Source: Podarcis liolepis | Taxonomy: Eukaryota | Assembly: GCA_965112155.1 (NCBI GenBank) | Contig: OZ218098.1 | Direction: 5' to 3' (one strand) | Length of the DNA: 64,000 nucleotides | Part shown: one piece after another, positions 1 to 12,800 of the stretch | How the letters are laid out: every line of letters starts with the position of its first letter | Numbering within the stretch: the first letter of the stretch is position 1 | The notes under the pieces: model-generated | Seen by the model: the letters and a program-made list of their open reading frames with translations, nothing else | Told to the model about the DNA's origin: nothing | Database searches by the model: none | Position numbers and translations under genes: made by a program

Positions 1-160
1 CCAGAGGGGCTTCTGTTTGTTGTGCTAGAGAGACCCACTGGATTAAGTTTATTGATCCTCTGCCACTCTATGGTTAAGATGCAAGTGAATCATCTGTGGT
101 CTAGCCTGGGAGGTGAACAAAACTGTGTAAAGTGAACAGCTCTAAGCCTGGAGCAGCAAA

Positions 161-161
<1 letters not shown>

Positions 162-192
<31 letters not shown>

Positions 193-199
193 CACACAA
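162..199. repeat. (CA)n microsatellite
   Basis: Direct reading. Confidence 0.95.
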
Positions 200-220
200 A
201 ACCTAGTAGTAAAGTGTCTG

Positions 221-359
221 GGGAAAGCTCAGTTGCCTAGAGCATGGTGCTGATAATGCCAAGGTTGCAGGTTCGATTCCTGTATGGGACAGCTGCATAT
301 TCCTGCATTGCAGGGGGCTGGACCAGATGATACTTAGGGTCCCTTCCAACTCTATGATT
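221..359 (+). mobile_element. SINE with tRNA-Ile-like head and CR1-like tail
   Basis: agctcagttg..agagcatggtgctgataatgccaaggttgcaggttcgattcc (A/B boxes) plus ggtcccttccaactctatgatt tail. Confidence 0.85.
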
Positions 360-636
360 TAAAGTTCTGTCCTCATCTCCTAGTGTGAGTCCTGCAAAAT
401 GGGAGGGAGGAATTCCCCCATTTCTGCCATCTCCACTCTTTGGTGCTAGTCTCTTTGTCAATTAAATAGTATGCAACTCCAACCCTTTAGCCACATGTTT
501 ACCTCAGCCTATAGGTACCATGTATGTTCATTCCATGGCATACTTACTCCACAAGCAGTTTGCCTTGCCCAAAAAATCTCACATACATCCTCCCCTACCC
601 AATCTTCTGGTATGCCAGTTCCATAAAGATACTCAC

Positions 637-860
637 CCATGTACTCCAGTGTGCCAACACGACGCCCCAGCTGGCGCAACACCAGTGGGTTGTAGGTCTG
701 GGCACTGCCAAAGTCAATAATTTTTAATGTGTTTGTGGGGCTGACAATGATGTTATCAGGCTTCAGGTCGAGATGAATGATGCGTCGTCCATGCAGATAT
801 TCTAGTCCTTGGAGGATCTGTGTTACGTACCCCACCACATCATCCTCTGAGTAACGGAAC
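637..860 (-). CDS. SPEG: SPEG exon ~38 (kinase 2 catalytic loop/DFG)
   Basis: FRYSEDDV...HLDLKPDN...IIDFGSA...GTLEYM|gtgagt, 224 nt. Confidence 0.95.
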
Positions 861-3800
861 CTGTAGAGTAAAGCATGTCATTGAAAGGATAGAGCGAAGG
901 ACACAAGAACCCTTCCCTTGCACTTGTACTGGTACAATTAAACAACAATATGGTACCATTACTCCTAAATAAGCACACTGGTGACTTTATGTTATACACA
1001 GTGCAAATCCATGATTATATTTTCTATTTTTAAAAAACAGCTTATACATCTATTTTTGTTTCTGTTTCATGCATTTGTTGAACTGATCTTTTCTTTAAAA
1101 ACTTTTCCCTGTCTGTACAACCCCATTCAAGGCCCACCTATGATGTCTTTTGCTGACAGTGGTCGGAAGTTAAAATTTTAACCCCACCCCAACCTCATAC
1201 TTGTGTGTTGCTGTGTGACAACGGGGGACATTAAATGATCAACGACTGATCAGTATGTTATTTTCTTGTTTTCATTTTTACTTTCAGTCACTTCACCACC
1301 ACCCTGTTTCTGTTCTACATTACTTTGCAATTTCCTTTGTTCCTGCTGCTTCGGCTTTGCACGTGCAATCAAAATAGCACTGCCCCCACACAGGAGGGAG
1401 GACAGGGACTGGACAGGGACGCCCCAAAGGACATCCCAGTGAGGATTAAGTGGACTTAGCAGCCATGGAATTTTGACCGATGGCTGGAGGGACATCAGAG
1501 AAATGGGTGGAATGGAAAATGGAACAAAGGCACGAGGGGCTGACTGAACAGAAGCACTCCACACTGCAGCATGTTGCTGTAGGTTCCACTTTTCGCGACT
1601 AAATACCACCACCAGATTCCTTCTCTCATAATGCTAGAGCTCGTGAACATCTGCTGAAGCTGAATGTTGGAACATTCAGGACAGACAAAACAAAGTACTT
1701 CTTCATGCAGCACCAGCCAAGCTATGGTGCTTGCTCTCACAGGAGGCAGTGAAGGCCACCAAGTTGGATGGCTTGAAAAGAGGATGAGACAAATTCATGG
1801 AGAAGGAGAGGGCTATCAGGTTGCTAGAACCACAGGAGGGTTTGAAGAATCACATGGAGTCTGAAACATGGAGTCGAGGCAGCCCCTCAACCCTTTAGGG
1901 AAATAGGCAGCAGTTACTTCTAGTTGTCTTGTGTGCACTTGGGGTTTTCTGTCCTATGTTTTATCCATTTGTTGGGTTTAGTTGTTTTACCCCCAGCCCA
2001 CCCAATGCTCCAACTGATTGTGATCTTTCTGATTTGAATCATAGCCTAAACATTTTTCAATTCCTTCCCCCACCCACTCTGGTTCTGTATCATCAGCAAA
2101 ATCTAATGTTTTATTGAAGTCATTAATCATAATATTGAACAGTGCTAGATCCAGGACAGAGACAAAGAAATTTTGGCTGCCAACATAAAAAAACACCAAA
2201 TGCATTAAAATTAAAATAAGAGGCTCTGGAAATCTGTGCTCTATACAGACTGTTCTGAAAAAAGAAATTCCACTTAAAAGTGTTGCAAGGAGTATCAGTT
2301 GCATAACAGAAAGCCACTTATGATCCGATGAAACAATAAAATGTAATAATAATAATAAGTAGTAGTTGTTATCATCATTATTATCATGATATACTACTAA
2401 TTAGTATACTACTATTTATATATATGGGACGTGACAAAATACAGTATCTCCTGTCAGGATACTGCATTCCATTTCTACCCATCGGTCTGCATTCTATGCC
2501 CACTGAGCACGTTCAGTTCTTATTGGGCTGTTTAGGTCTCCCCACCCCCACAAATGATTTGTACTTTTGCAAACCTTGAGGCTTCCCTGAGCCTTTTGTT
2601 CATGGGTGGCACTGTTTTAGCTACATGAGGACTGGCACTCAGAGATCTGAGGTAGCTGCCAGTATATGATCATGATGGCAGTGCCATCAATTTACATGGT
2701 GCTTTATAGCAGGGGTGGGGAATCAGTGGCCCTCTAGATGTTTTTGGGACTCCCAACTCTCACCAACTCAGCCATTGGCTGTGCTGATGAGAGGCAGAAT
2801 TCAACAGCATCTGGAGCGCCACGAATCCTTCACCCCTTTTCTTATGCAAAGCAACAACAAAAAAGGTCTTTGCCTCAAGGAACATATACTATGCATTTCA
2901 GCCACAAAAGGAATAGGAGAGGCAAGGGTTAACCACTAATGACTGTAAGCCCATCAAGTTGCACATTCACAGGAATCCGCTCATGTCAATCTCATGAACA
3001 TCAAAGCGTAGGAATGGTTTATATCCATTTATCTTTTACATATTCACAGAAGTAAGATTGCAGAAAAAAAATTCCTCTGTATAATGTGGTCCTCAGTCAC
3101 TCTTCATTCAAGCCAGGCCCTTCCTTGAACCATCTAGATGTATTTTACTAAAGGTGTCCTGCAGTGTCTTAAAGCATAGTATAATTTCCTTGTCTTTTGC
3201 TGTTCCAGATTATAAAGCAGAAGATGACAAGGAATAGGTTCAAATGCTTGGGTTGAGCGGAGGTATCTGGACTGTGTTACTTTTATTTCCCTTCAGCTCT
3301 ACTATTCTGACTCAGTGGCACAGTTTGCCCTCTTCAATTGCCCTGTTGTGAATTGGCCCAGTTATCACCTCTGCCATGGATTTTCTGGTCAACTAAAAGT
3401 GATTCAGGCCCACAAACTGATTCATGCCCCCATTGCGTGTGACTAGACCAACACTTCTGTCTCGTCCTGGTTTTTATGTTTGCAACTCTCTGTTACCTTG
3501 CTAGTTAGCCAGACCCCTCTGTGGCCCCATGCTTGGCCCTCTCAGACACAGAGCTTCTCCTCTTATCATCCTGGAGTCCCACCCCTAACCCCCAACAAAC
3601 CTGTCAACAAAGTGGTAGAGGATCTCCTTCCCAGGGCAGTGTTCAGCTATCAGCACCAGATAGCGGGGGGTGATGTAGGCCTCGTGCAGAGTCATGATGC
3701 GATCGTGGTGTAGGCCCTTTAGGATCTCGTATTCCTGGAGGACGCTCTGCTTGCCTTCCGTTTCATAGGGCACAATCTTGGCCATGAATCGCTTGCCCGT

Positions 3801-6800
3801 GGCATTCTCCTTACATTCCCGAATCACTCCAAACCGGCCCCTGCACATATATACATGGAGCATGCTAAGTGCATATCTGGACGCTTGCTAGACCTGCCTA
3901 ACAAAAGCTAAGGCACAGTGTACATAGCCTCTGTTACACAGCACTGCACATGTAACCACAGAGTTCAATGGATATGACAACAGTTTTCACATAGTTAAAT
4001 TACCCAGGATTGGCTGAGACAGAGTGGGCCAAGATGCAATTGTGGGCTGGAGGTTCCCCATCTGCTTTACAGAGTGAGACTATAAGACTGTGATAGTACA
4101 GTTTTGGACAGGACCACTCCAGGTCACAGCTGCGAAGGGGTCACATTTTTGAATGCTCCATCTTGTAACAAGTTCATTGCATGTAGTAAGCAAGCACATT
4201 AAGAAGAGAGTTTATAACTAAATGTTTCTGACAAGCTAGTTTAGTACATATAAGGTTTTTTAAAAGCACTGGAGGGAACATTCAAAGATATGTGTTTCCC
4301 AGGCACAGCAGTATGAAGTAGTGCAATCCAGAATTCTACCACTTTGGTCTACTACTTCAAACTGCATAATGCGTAGAAAGAGCTCTTGAATTTGTTTGAC
4401 AACTTTAATCTCCGTCGGCTTAGTTGAAATGAAACTGCTGCCATATGATTCTTGCCATTTTCATGCAATAAACATGGTTTTGTGATTGGGCCTGTGGAGA
4501 TGAGAGTCAGAGAGTCAAGTGCATGACTGAAATGTACCACAAGGAAATGGAAGGGGGTTTAGCATCCCTTGGGCACAGAGGAGAAGGAGGGCTTCTGGTG
4601 TGGGGTCTAAATCTCTGAAGATACATTGGAGGCCGTGGACGGGGGCAAGGGAGGCTGCTAATGCTATGGCCACAACATGAGAGGCCTTGGTTACATCCAG
4701 GATCAGAGAAGGTCGGTTGCTGCACCCAATGCTGAGAAATTCCTGGTCCAGAAATGGACTAGAGGGAGGCATCATTCTGTGCTGCTTTGCATGCTATCTA
4801 GGAGAAGGTCTCAGGTTCAGAACCTGACATATCCAGGTGCAGGGCAGGGAACAAGGTTTTCTCCTTTGAACCTGGAGCACCAACAGCTAGATAATAGTGG
4901 ACCAGAATGACCACTTCCTGCACCGGGCTGTCAGCTTCCTATGTCTCTATGAAAGATCTCTTACCTTGCTTTCTCATCCAAGAAGGTGTAGGGTTTTTGA
5001 GGGACCCCTTGGCGCAACGACGACTCGTCCTTGGAAGTTGCAGTGAGCCTGCCCTGAGCCCCACTCCCAGCGTCCCGGCCAGGGGTACTGCTGCGGCTCA
5101 GGAAGCGAGTGTGAGAAGGCCCCTCTTCTGGGCTGGGGGTAACTGGCTGGCTGTGTGCACCTTCCGTTGTGCTGGGCACCCTTGGTGGGATGGAGATGAA
5201 AGAGGTGGCCATGTAGGGAACAGCTTTCGGGGAGACGGTCACTGGCGAGTCTGCCGCAGGGGTTGGTAAGGCAGGAGAGATGGGCGAAAACTTGGAGACG
5301 GAAGAGCCAGGGGAGGGTGCCGCAGCAGGTGAGACCCTGGTGGGCACTGAGGCACTGTGGGTGCTGAGAGAAGATGCTGTTCTGGAAGGCTTCGAGTCTG
5401 GCTCTGGAGAGGTGGATGGCGCAACAGCTGGAGGTTCGGAAGACGAGGCCTCCTTGGAGGATGGAACCAGGGCCGCAATCGGGAGCTTGGCCTTCACTGT
5501 GGCCAGAGGCTTTTCCTCAGGTTGAGTCAATTTTGGGGCAGCAGGAGCCTTGCCCCCCTGTGCCTGCACTGCCCCCTTGTGCTTCCTGGGAGGGGAGGAT
5601 GGCAGGGGACCTGTATTTCTGCGCACAGGTTGCGGAGACTGGTCAGTGAGGGTCTGGGTGGATCTGGTGAAAGCGGCTTTCTCCGGGGCAGTTGTACTCT
5701 TTTTGGCAGTGAGAGCTGAGAAGGCAGTCTTGGGTTCTGGGAGAGGAGAAGAGGCTGATTTAGGCTCAAAAGAGGAGGGCCTGCCTCTTTCCAGAAGGCA
5801 AGGGAAAATCTATAGAGGGAACCCCTCTCAGCTACCAGATCTATAGAGGGAACCCCTCTCAGCTACCAAACAGTGGGAATCCCAACTATAGCAGAGCCAG
5901 CTCAATAAAAGAAATATCCTCTCTACTGAGGGCAGCTGCACCTTGATACCATTTGGTGGGCTTGCAGCCAGAATTTAGGACATGGCTTGTGGAGTACTTG
6001 CAAGCACAATGGCTGCATGCACACCATTCAGTTTTTGAAGCATACCATATATCTGAAACAAATCCCCCCTCAAGAATCCTGGGAACTGTAATTTGTTAAA
6101 GGTCCTGGAGGGGTAAACAACCGCTCCTAGGATTCCTAGTAGTGGTGGGAATGTACTTTCAATGTATGGTGTGTACACAGCCCCGGCAACCTATTGGTTG
6201 GTTCAGGCTGTCAGGACTAAGAGCACCTCCCTCGTCCTCACCTGCACCCTCAATGAAGACCTTCCCCGAGGGGTTGCTGTAGGGGCCTTGTCCGGCCTTG
6301 TTAGCACAGGCAACACGAAACTTGACCATGCTCGCAACGGGGAGATCTGTCACGTTGAAGTAGCAGTCAGCAATGCCTGAGCTTACCAACTTCCACTCAT
6401 GTTCTCCTGGGGCGGGGGAAGGAAAACATCAAAGCTATCTGCAGTAAATATAACACATTAAAGACCAAACAAAACCAATGCTGAAAACCAGAAACAAACA
6501 AACAAAAACAACAACCACAGAATGCAGGGAAAAAATCAAAATGAAAACATGGTGCAAGAAAAAAAGATTTGGCATCAGACTGAAACGCAGGTAAAGAGAG
6601 GGTTGATTAGGGCAGAGCAGGGAGCTCCACAAAGCATGGGGAAGAATGCAAATGAGATAGGACTGTTGATAGCTTGGTCCCAAACTGTTTTGGGGCTTTG
6701 TAGTCATAACCAGGATTTTGAACTAGGAACAGTTAGCCAATGAACAATATTGGAGTCATATGCTCTGATAAGCACCATCCTAGCTACTGAATTCTGCACC

Positions 6801-9800
6801 AGCTGAAGTTTCTGAACCTTTTCTGGAATCAGCTCCACGTAGGGTGTGTACCATATCTGCCTAATCTGGATCATGTTACCAAAACATGTGTGACAGTGGC
6901 TGGATATTGCCTCAGGGAGGGGGGGGGGGCTCACTGGAAGAGGCTGTGCCTTGCATGAAGATTGAACCTAGTCTTGAAAACACCCATCTGTACAGAAAGG
7001 TGATGAACTCCGTATCTTGTCCTCAGATTTGGGCTGAATCTGTAACTGAACTGCATATAATGCAAGAGGATGGGGAAGGGAAACTACTAGGAAGCAATAC
7101 TTTTCAGTCTTGTACCTCCAGCTGTTTGGGAATGGGCAGGCAACTAAAGGAGTAGGAATGAGAAGATGACTGCGAGTTGCACTGTAGCCTTATTAGAAGA
7201 ATAAAAAATTCTGCACATGTGAACATGGAGGTGGTGGATATGGAGCCCCAGAAGGTCCATAAAGAACCAGGGGAATGCATGTGACGACTAGAGCCTCTGC
7301 AAAGGAAAGGGCAGAAAGCAGCTGGCAATATTTTCCACATCCCACCAGTTCATACCATCCATCTTCCGTTCCAGCGTGTACGTGCAGGGTGCCTGAGTAT
7401 CCGCTGGCCTCCATAGCACCAGGACTGTGTTCCTGTACTTCTGGGGGATTTCTGGGGTGCCTGGTCTCCCAGGAATCTCTGTTAGGAACAGGTTTGAGAA
7501 AAGAGAAATAAATGGAAGAGCATGAAATAGTAACCTATGAGATATGGGATGGAAGGATCTGTCGATTTCGTTTCTCACAGTTTCTAATTTTTCCAGTCTT
7601 AAATTCAGTTCTCCACATTTTGCAGGAATTTGTGGATTTAAAAAAAAACCTCATGTACCATCATTTCAGTACAAATTTCTCTTGATAAATTTCTGCATGC
7701 ATTTTTTTTTAAACTAAGGTACACGTATTTACACAAATATCTTCATTTTTATGCATATATTCCTATAATACATGCATTTTTGTAAAGATTATTTGGTTGG
7801 AGAACTGCACTTCAGAATTCAGATGAGTGTGAATGCAAAGGGAGAGCTGTTTCAGAATAGGTGAATTTTATAGATTCGGTTGTCAATGCACACTGAGTCA
7901 TATTTCTCTTCCATTGCTACATGAGATATATTGCCGCTCATAGATGTTTGGTTGGGGTGGTGGGGAACCACAGCGCACTCTTTTTCTATCCTTACTTGCT
8001 ACAGCCAGGGTGCAGGAACTGGTGGCAGTGCCCAGCGCATTGGTAGCGTTGCATTCATACAAGCCTGCATCCTTCTTGGAGACTTTGGAGATGGTGAGCA
8101 GCTGGCGGCCATCTTTACATGCCACAATGTTGAGAACACCCTCTGATACCAGGGTGTTCTTATCTGCAGAGGACAAGAAAACCGATCCGTACAACCACTC
8201 TAGGTATATCAATATTGCACACTGCCTTACATCCTCCTCCTGTAGCTTGTGCTCTAATGCATCTTTGCCACAGAGTTCATACTCAGTTACTCAAACATGT
8301 GAGCTTCATCAGAAGTCGGAGCACCTCTTTGCCTGGCTGAACCCAAGGGGTCCCTATCCCAACAGAGTTCGGCACTTCTGAGTTCCAAGAGAATGTAACC
8401 ATTTGGATGGCAACCAGTGCAAGGATACGCAATTTGCATCATGGTGATGCAAGGGTATACAGCTAGGTCTGTCTGCATGGACGCCCAAATGGCAGCTCAG
8501 TTCTGGGCTTGACCTCTCCTAGCTCTGTGGCTGAACCTGCCTTGGGTGGCATTGCATCATGGCTGTCTGGTAAGATAACTGTTAGGAATCACACACTGGG
8601 AAACAACTCGGCAGGTATCAGGCTCCACCTTTCTGATCTTGAGAGTCAAGAAGCTATATTGCTTCTTCCACTCCCAACATGCAGACACACGCGCTCCTTG
8701 TGACACAATGCTTACCTTTCATCCACAGTATGCGAGGGGCAGGGCTGGCTGCAGGAAGGCAGCAGAGCTGCACTGCCTCTCCCTCCAGCAGTACCTGGTC
8801 CTTCAATTTTATGTGGAAAACTGGAGGGAAGTCTGCGTTGGACAAAGAATAAAAGGGGTAAATCCGAGGCTGCTTCCAAGTACCACATAGATGGTGCTAA
8901 AAGGCTTGGCAGGAATTCCATCCCCAGCATAGAAATGATCCCCTGCAACAGGGTTGGGGAAACCCCAGGTCTGGGGGCCAATTGCAGCTCCACAGGACTC
9001 TCTGCCTGGCCCTCAGAATTCTACACAGCCAATGCCTCTCTCCATAGGCCCCACCCCCTTTTCCCACGCTCCACCCCTCACTGGTCCTGCTCCATGGTTT
9101 CCTTGAGTGTTTTTGCCTAGCTAGAATGTGTCCCTTAATGGTAATAATGCCTCTTGCTTGCCTGGTCATTTAGAGGTGTGAGGAGTAACCTCTGACTTTT
9201 GCATGACTGGAATCTGGCCTGCTCTAAGGAGTCCCACCTCTTCCACTCCGTTTTGCCCCTGGCTGTGCCCACCACTGACAAGCAGCCCACGTGGGAATAT
9301 GGCCCTCCGACTGAAAAAGGTTTCCCACCCCTGCCCTATAGAGTGGAGTGGAGTCCTTTGCCATCACGTTTCCCTAGAACGGCCCGCTCTAATTGCCCCG
9401 GCAGCTGGAACTTTCTGGCGGCGGCTGGCTTCCACTGGCCAGCCACACCAGGCTGAATTTATCTCAATGGCAGCCCCACACTTCTTCGTGGGCATACCTG
9501 ACTCGCTGAGCACATAGGGTTGGCTCATAATGACAACACCGTCCCCTCTCAGGCTGGCAGGAATGTTGGGCTGTGAAGCAACCTTGTCTTTCTTGGATCT
9601 GGACAAGCTCCAGCGTTCCCAGCGAGAACCGCGCCGCTGGCTTTCACCAGGACCTGTGAAAATGACAGATATGGGTGGGCTCTTTCTTGCGTAAGCCAAG
9701 AGAATCCTGGGAAATTGTTGGGGTGCCTGATTGACGCAGTGCTTGCTTTAAAGACTGTCTCAAGGCAAATCTTTAAAAATGTAGTATAAACACTGACAAC

Positions 9801-12800
9801 TGGGAAACAATGGCTTGCGAGCGCTCCAGCTGGAGAACAGCCTTTACCAAAGGTGTCACGGGCTTTGTAGACACTCAAACTCAGGACGCAAGGGAGAAAC
9901 ATGCTAGGAGGAAGGCACGCTTGGCAAATCCACACCGTGATCAACTCCCACCCGGAAACCAATGTCCTCACTGTGGAAGGATGTGTGGGTCCAGAATTGG
10001 CCTCCACAGTCACTTACAGACTCATTGTTAAAACTGTGTTTATGGAAGACAATCTTACTCGGCTATGAGTGATCGCCAAAGAAGAAGCTTCTACTGGATG
10101 TGTGGTGTGCTCAGAGCAGGATTAGTCACTCTCAGATCACACATACTCTTCCACCTCAGCTGTGTTAGCATCCTCTAAAATATCCAACTTATTCTTCTCT
10201 CTTTTTTCTCTCTTCCTTGATCCCTAGTTCCTCCAGCATTTTCCTGGAACTTGTACCACAACCAAAAAAGTGGCCAACAAGTTGGTGGAACTACAATTTG
10301 TAAGCCTCACTCCCTCCCCCACATTAAAAGTCATACAGCAATTATAAAGGATGCCTTTAAACATGCACAGAGGAGCCATGCTCCCTCAATGGAGAAACAT
10401 CAACCATAACACACACATGCTTTCCCAGGTGGGAAATGGTTGTAGACCATTGCTCACCGCTGCCTGTGGATGTGTCAGACTGGAAGGACTCTGTGGAAGG
10501 GACACTTGCAGACTGGGCTGCCAGCTGGTTCTGCGGGATACCCACTTGACGCAGGTTTTCCCCCTCTGAAGTTGCACGGCGCAGGTGAGAGAGGAAAGGA
10601 GCTTTTTTCTCAGGCTGCCTGATACGGTCGCCACCAGCAGCAGCTGCCTGGTCTTCTTCGCCACGTTGTGAGTGGCTGCGCAGATGCGTGGAGAGGCGCC
10701 CCATGGTGGTCCCGATCTTCCTGCGCACAGCCATGACGGGTGACTCATTGGAGCCAGGCTCCGACAGCTGGCTGTCCGAGTCCTTTTTGTCCTTGGAAGC
10801 CAGGCCCCCAGACAGCCTCGCCCCCCCTCCTTCCTCCTCCTTGGCCTTCCTCCTCTCGACGGGAGGCGTGCGTCGGAGTCGCATTGACATCCTGCGGATG
10901 AAGCCGCCCTCCTTCTCCACTTCATGCAGGTCCTGCACAGAACGAGAGCGCTCGCCCAGGTGTCGAGAGACCCCAGACTTGGACAGCTCCAGTGGGGCAC
11001 CCACAGGGCCTGGCCGGTAGATGCCCTCTTCCCGCGGCCCGGCCAGCTGCCGCTCCTCAGACCTGGAGAGCAGCTTGCGGCCCCTGCTGAGGGAGCCTTC
11101 CCTGCCCCTCTTGAATTTGGCCTCAAAGACCTCTTCAGAGTCAATGTCCAGAATGTGCTCAGCGCTGGAGGAGCGAACTTGGGGGGAGGGTTCCTTGCTG
11201 GGGGTCTGCGCAGCCTTCTTGGCAAAGGCAGCAGTGGGGTGGGACTGTGTTGGAGCTGGAGAGGTTTGAGGTATACCTTCTGAGGCAGCCGCAGAAGGTT
11301 CTGCAGCCTCCCTGTGAGGGACCTGGGATGACTCGCCAGCCAGGCTCTGCATGACATCAGCGTAGGCCGAACGCTTGGGGGCCGAGCTGCCTGGGGTGGG
11401 TGAGATGGGTGTGCGAGTTGTTGGCTTCCTTGGAGAGCCTATGGCTTTCACAGCTTCTGGAGCATCAGGTTTGGACAATCTCACCAACGCCTTTTCCTCA
11501 GGTCCCTTGGCGGTTGGTCTCCTCAAGCTAGCCCTGCTGATGGGCTTTGTTCCCACCTCCGCCTCAGGGGTAGGTGGCTTGGAGGGAACCTCGTGTGGCG
11601 TGTGGGGCCTGGATTCATTCAGAGCGGAGAGGGACGGTGTCTCTTTCAGCCTCTGGACTTCGGCCTGGGCTAAGGGGATTTCCAGCGGTGCTCCAGAGCG
11701 GCGGTGCAGGGTGACAGGCTCCCCGTCGCCTTGGCTGAAGGAGCTGCTCTTTTGGAGGAGGCGCCCCTCAGGGGGCATGTGCTGCGGAGCCGTCTCGATG
11801 GAGGCTGCGCGCACCATCTTGTGCCCAGGGGACAGCTGCTTCTCCAGCCTGGGAGGCCTCAAGCCCTTTTTCTCAAGGCCGAGGGTCTCCAGCAGCGGCC
11901 CCCGCAAGCCGCTCAGCTTACCGTCCACGGGGCTGCCGTGCAGCAGGCGCTGCCGCATGACCTCCAGGCGCTGGGTGTATTCTTCCTCTGGCAGCCCGCC
12001 CTTCCTGCGGTACAACGTGCCGGGGCTGGGGCTCCGACGGGGCAGCTCCATGGAGGCTGCTTTGGTCAGGCGTTTGCGGGAGTGGGGCTCCGCTTCATCC
12101 GAGGGGAGACTAAGCAACAGGGCGCTGTCGGCAGAGCTGCCACGGCGCAGCTCCCCCTTACGCGAAGCTTTGTCAGATGCTTCTGGGGAATCCAGGCTGG
12201 AGCCTTTCTTCAGCGCCTTCCTGGGGTACTCTGGCCTTTTCTGGGCCTCGCGAGTCTCCTCGTCGGAAGAGCCAGGCTCCTCAGCCTCTGTGGAGCGCTT
12301 CCGTGGCAACGTGCCCTTCTGCCTCCTGAAAGAGAGCTCTGCTTCTTCCTTTCTCTTGGGATCCACCACAGCTCCCTGCCCCTCATCATCCTGCCACTCC
12401 ATCAATGTGCCCTCTTCATCTGCTGGAGCCCCCTCAGGGCTGGGAGGCTCATCATCTGTTGGGATCTCAGTGAGGGACATGCGGGAGCCAGAAAATTCAG
12501 GCTGATGGGGCATGGGAATGTAGGGCAACTCCTCTGGGTCATCAGAATCCGAAGAGGAGGACAACACCGAGGTCTCCTTGAGGAGGCGAGGCACAGCAAT
12601 AGACAAGTGGCTGGATGTGTCCTCTAGGAGCTCAGGAATTGGCCGTGGCACCATGTTGCACTTGTAGCTGATCTGGGAGCGCTGGGGAAAGAAAGCACAC
12701 ACTGAGGGGAGAATAGGATGGAGCTCAAGCAAAGACCCAGAGAGCCTCTGTTCCACCCACACCTCATTTCACAGGCTTGGCTGCCCACCCTCTTGATGAG

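Noticed and set aside
221-300. tRNA-like sequences (also ~39400-39461, ~57890-57945, ~25800-25870)
   Set aside because: Degenerate stems fused to SINE bodies; these are SINE heads, not tRNA genes.
11375-12627. Long + strand ORFs (376 aa and 307 aa) opposite exon ~30
   Set aside because: Antisense shadows of a GC-rich coding exon; confined to the exon, with no recognisable domain.
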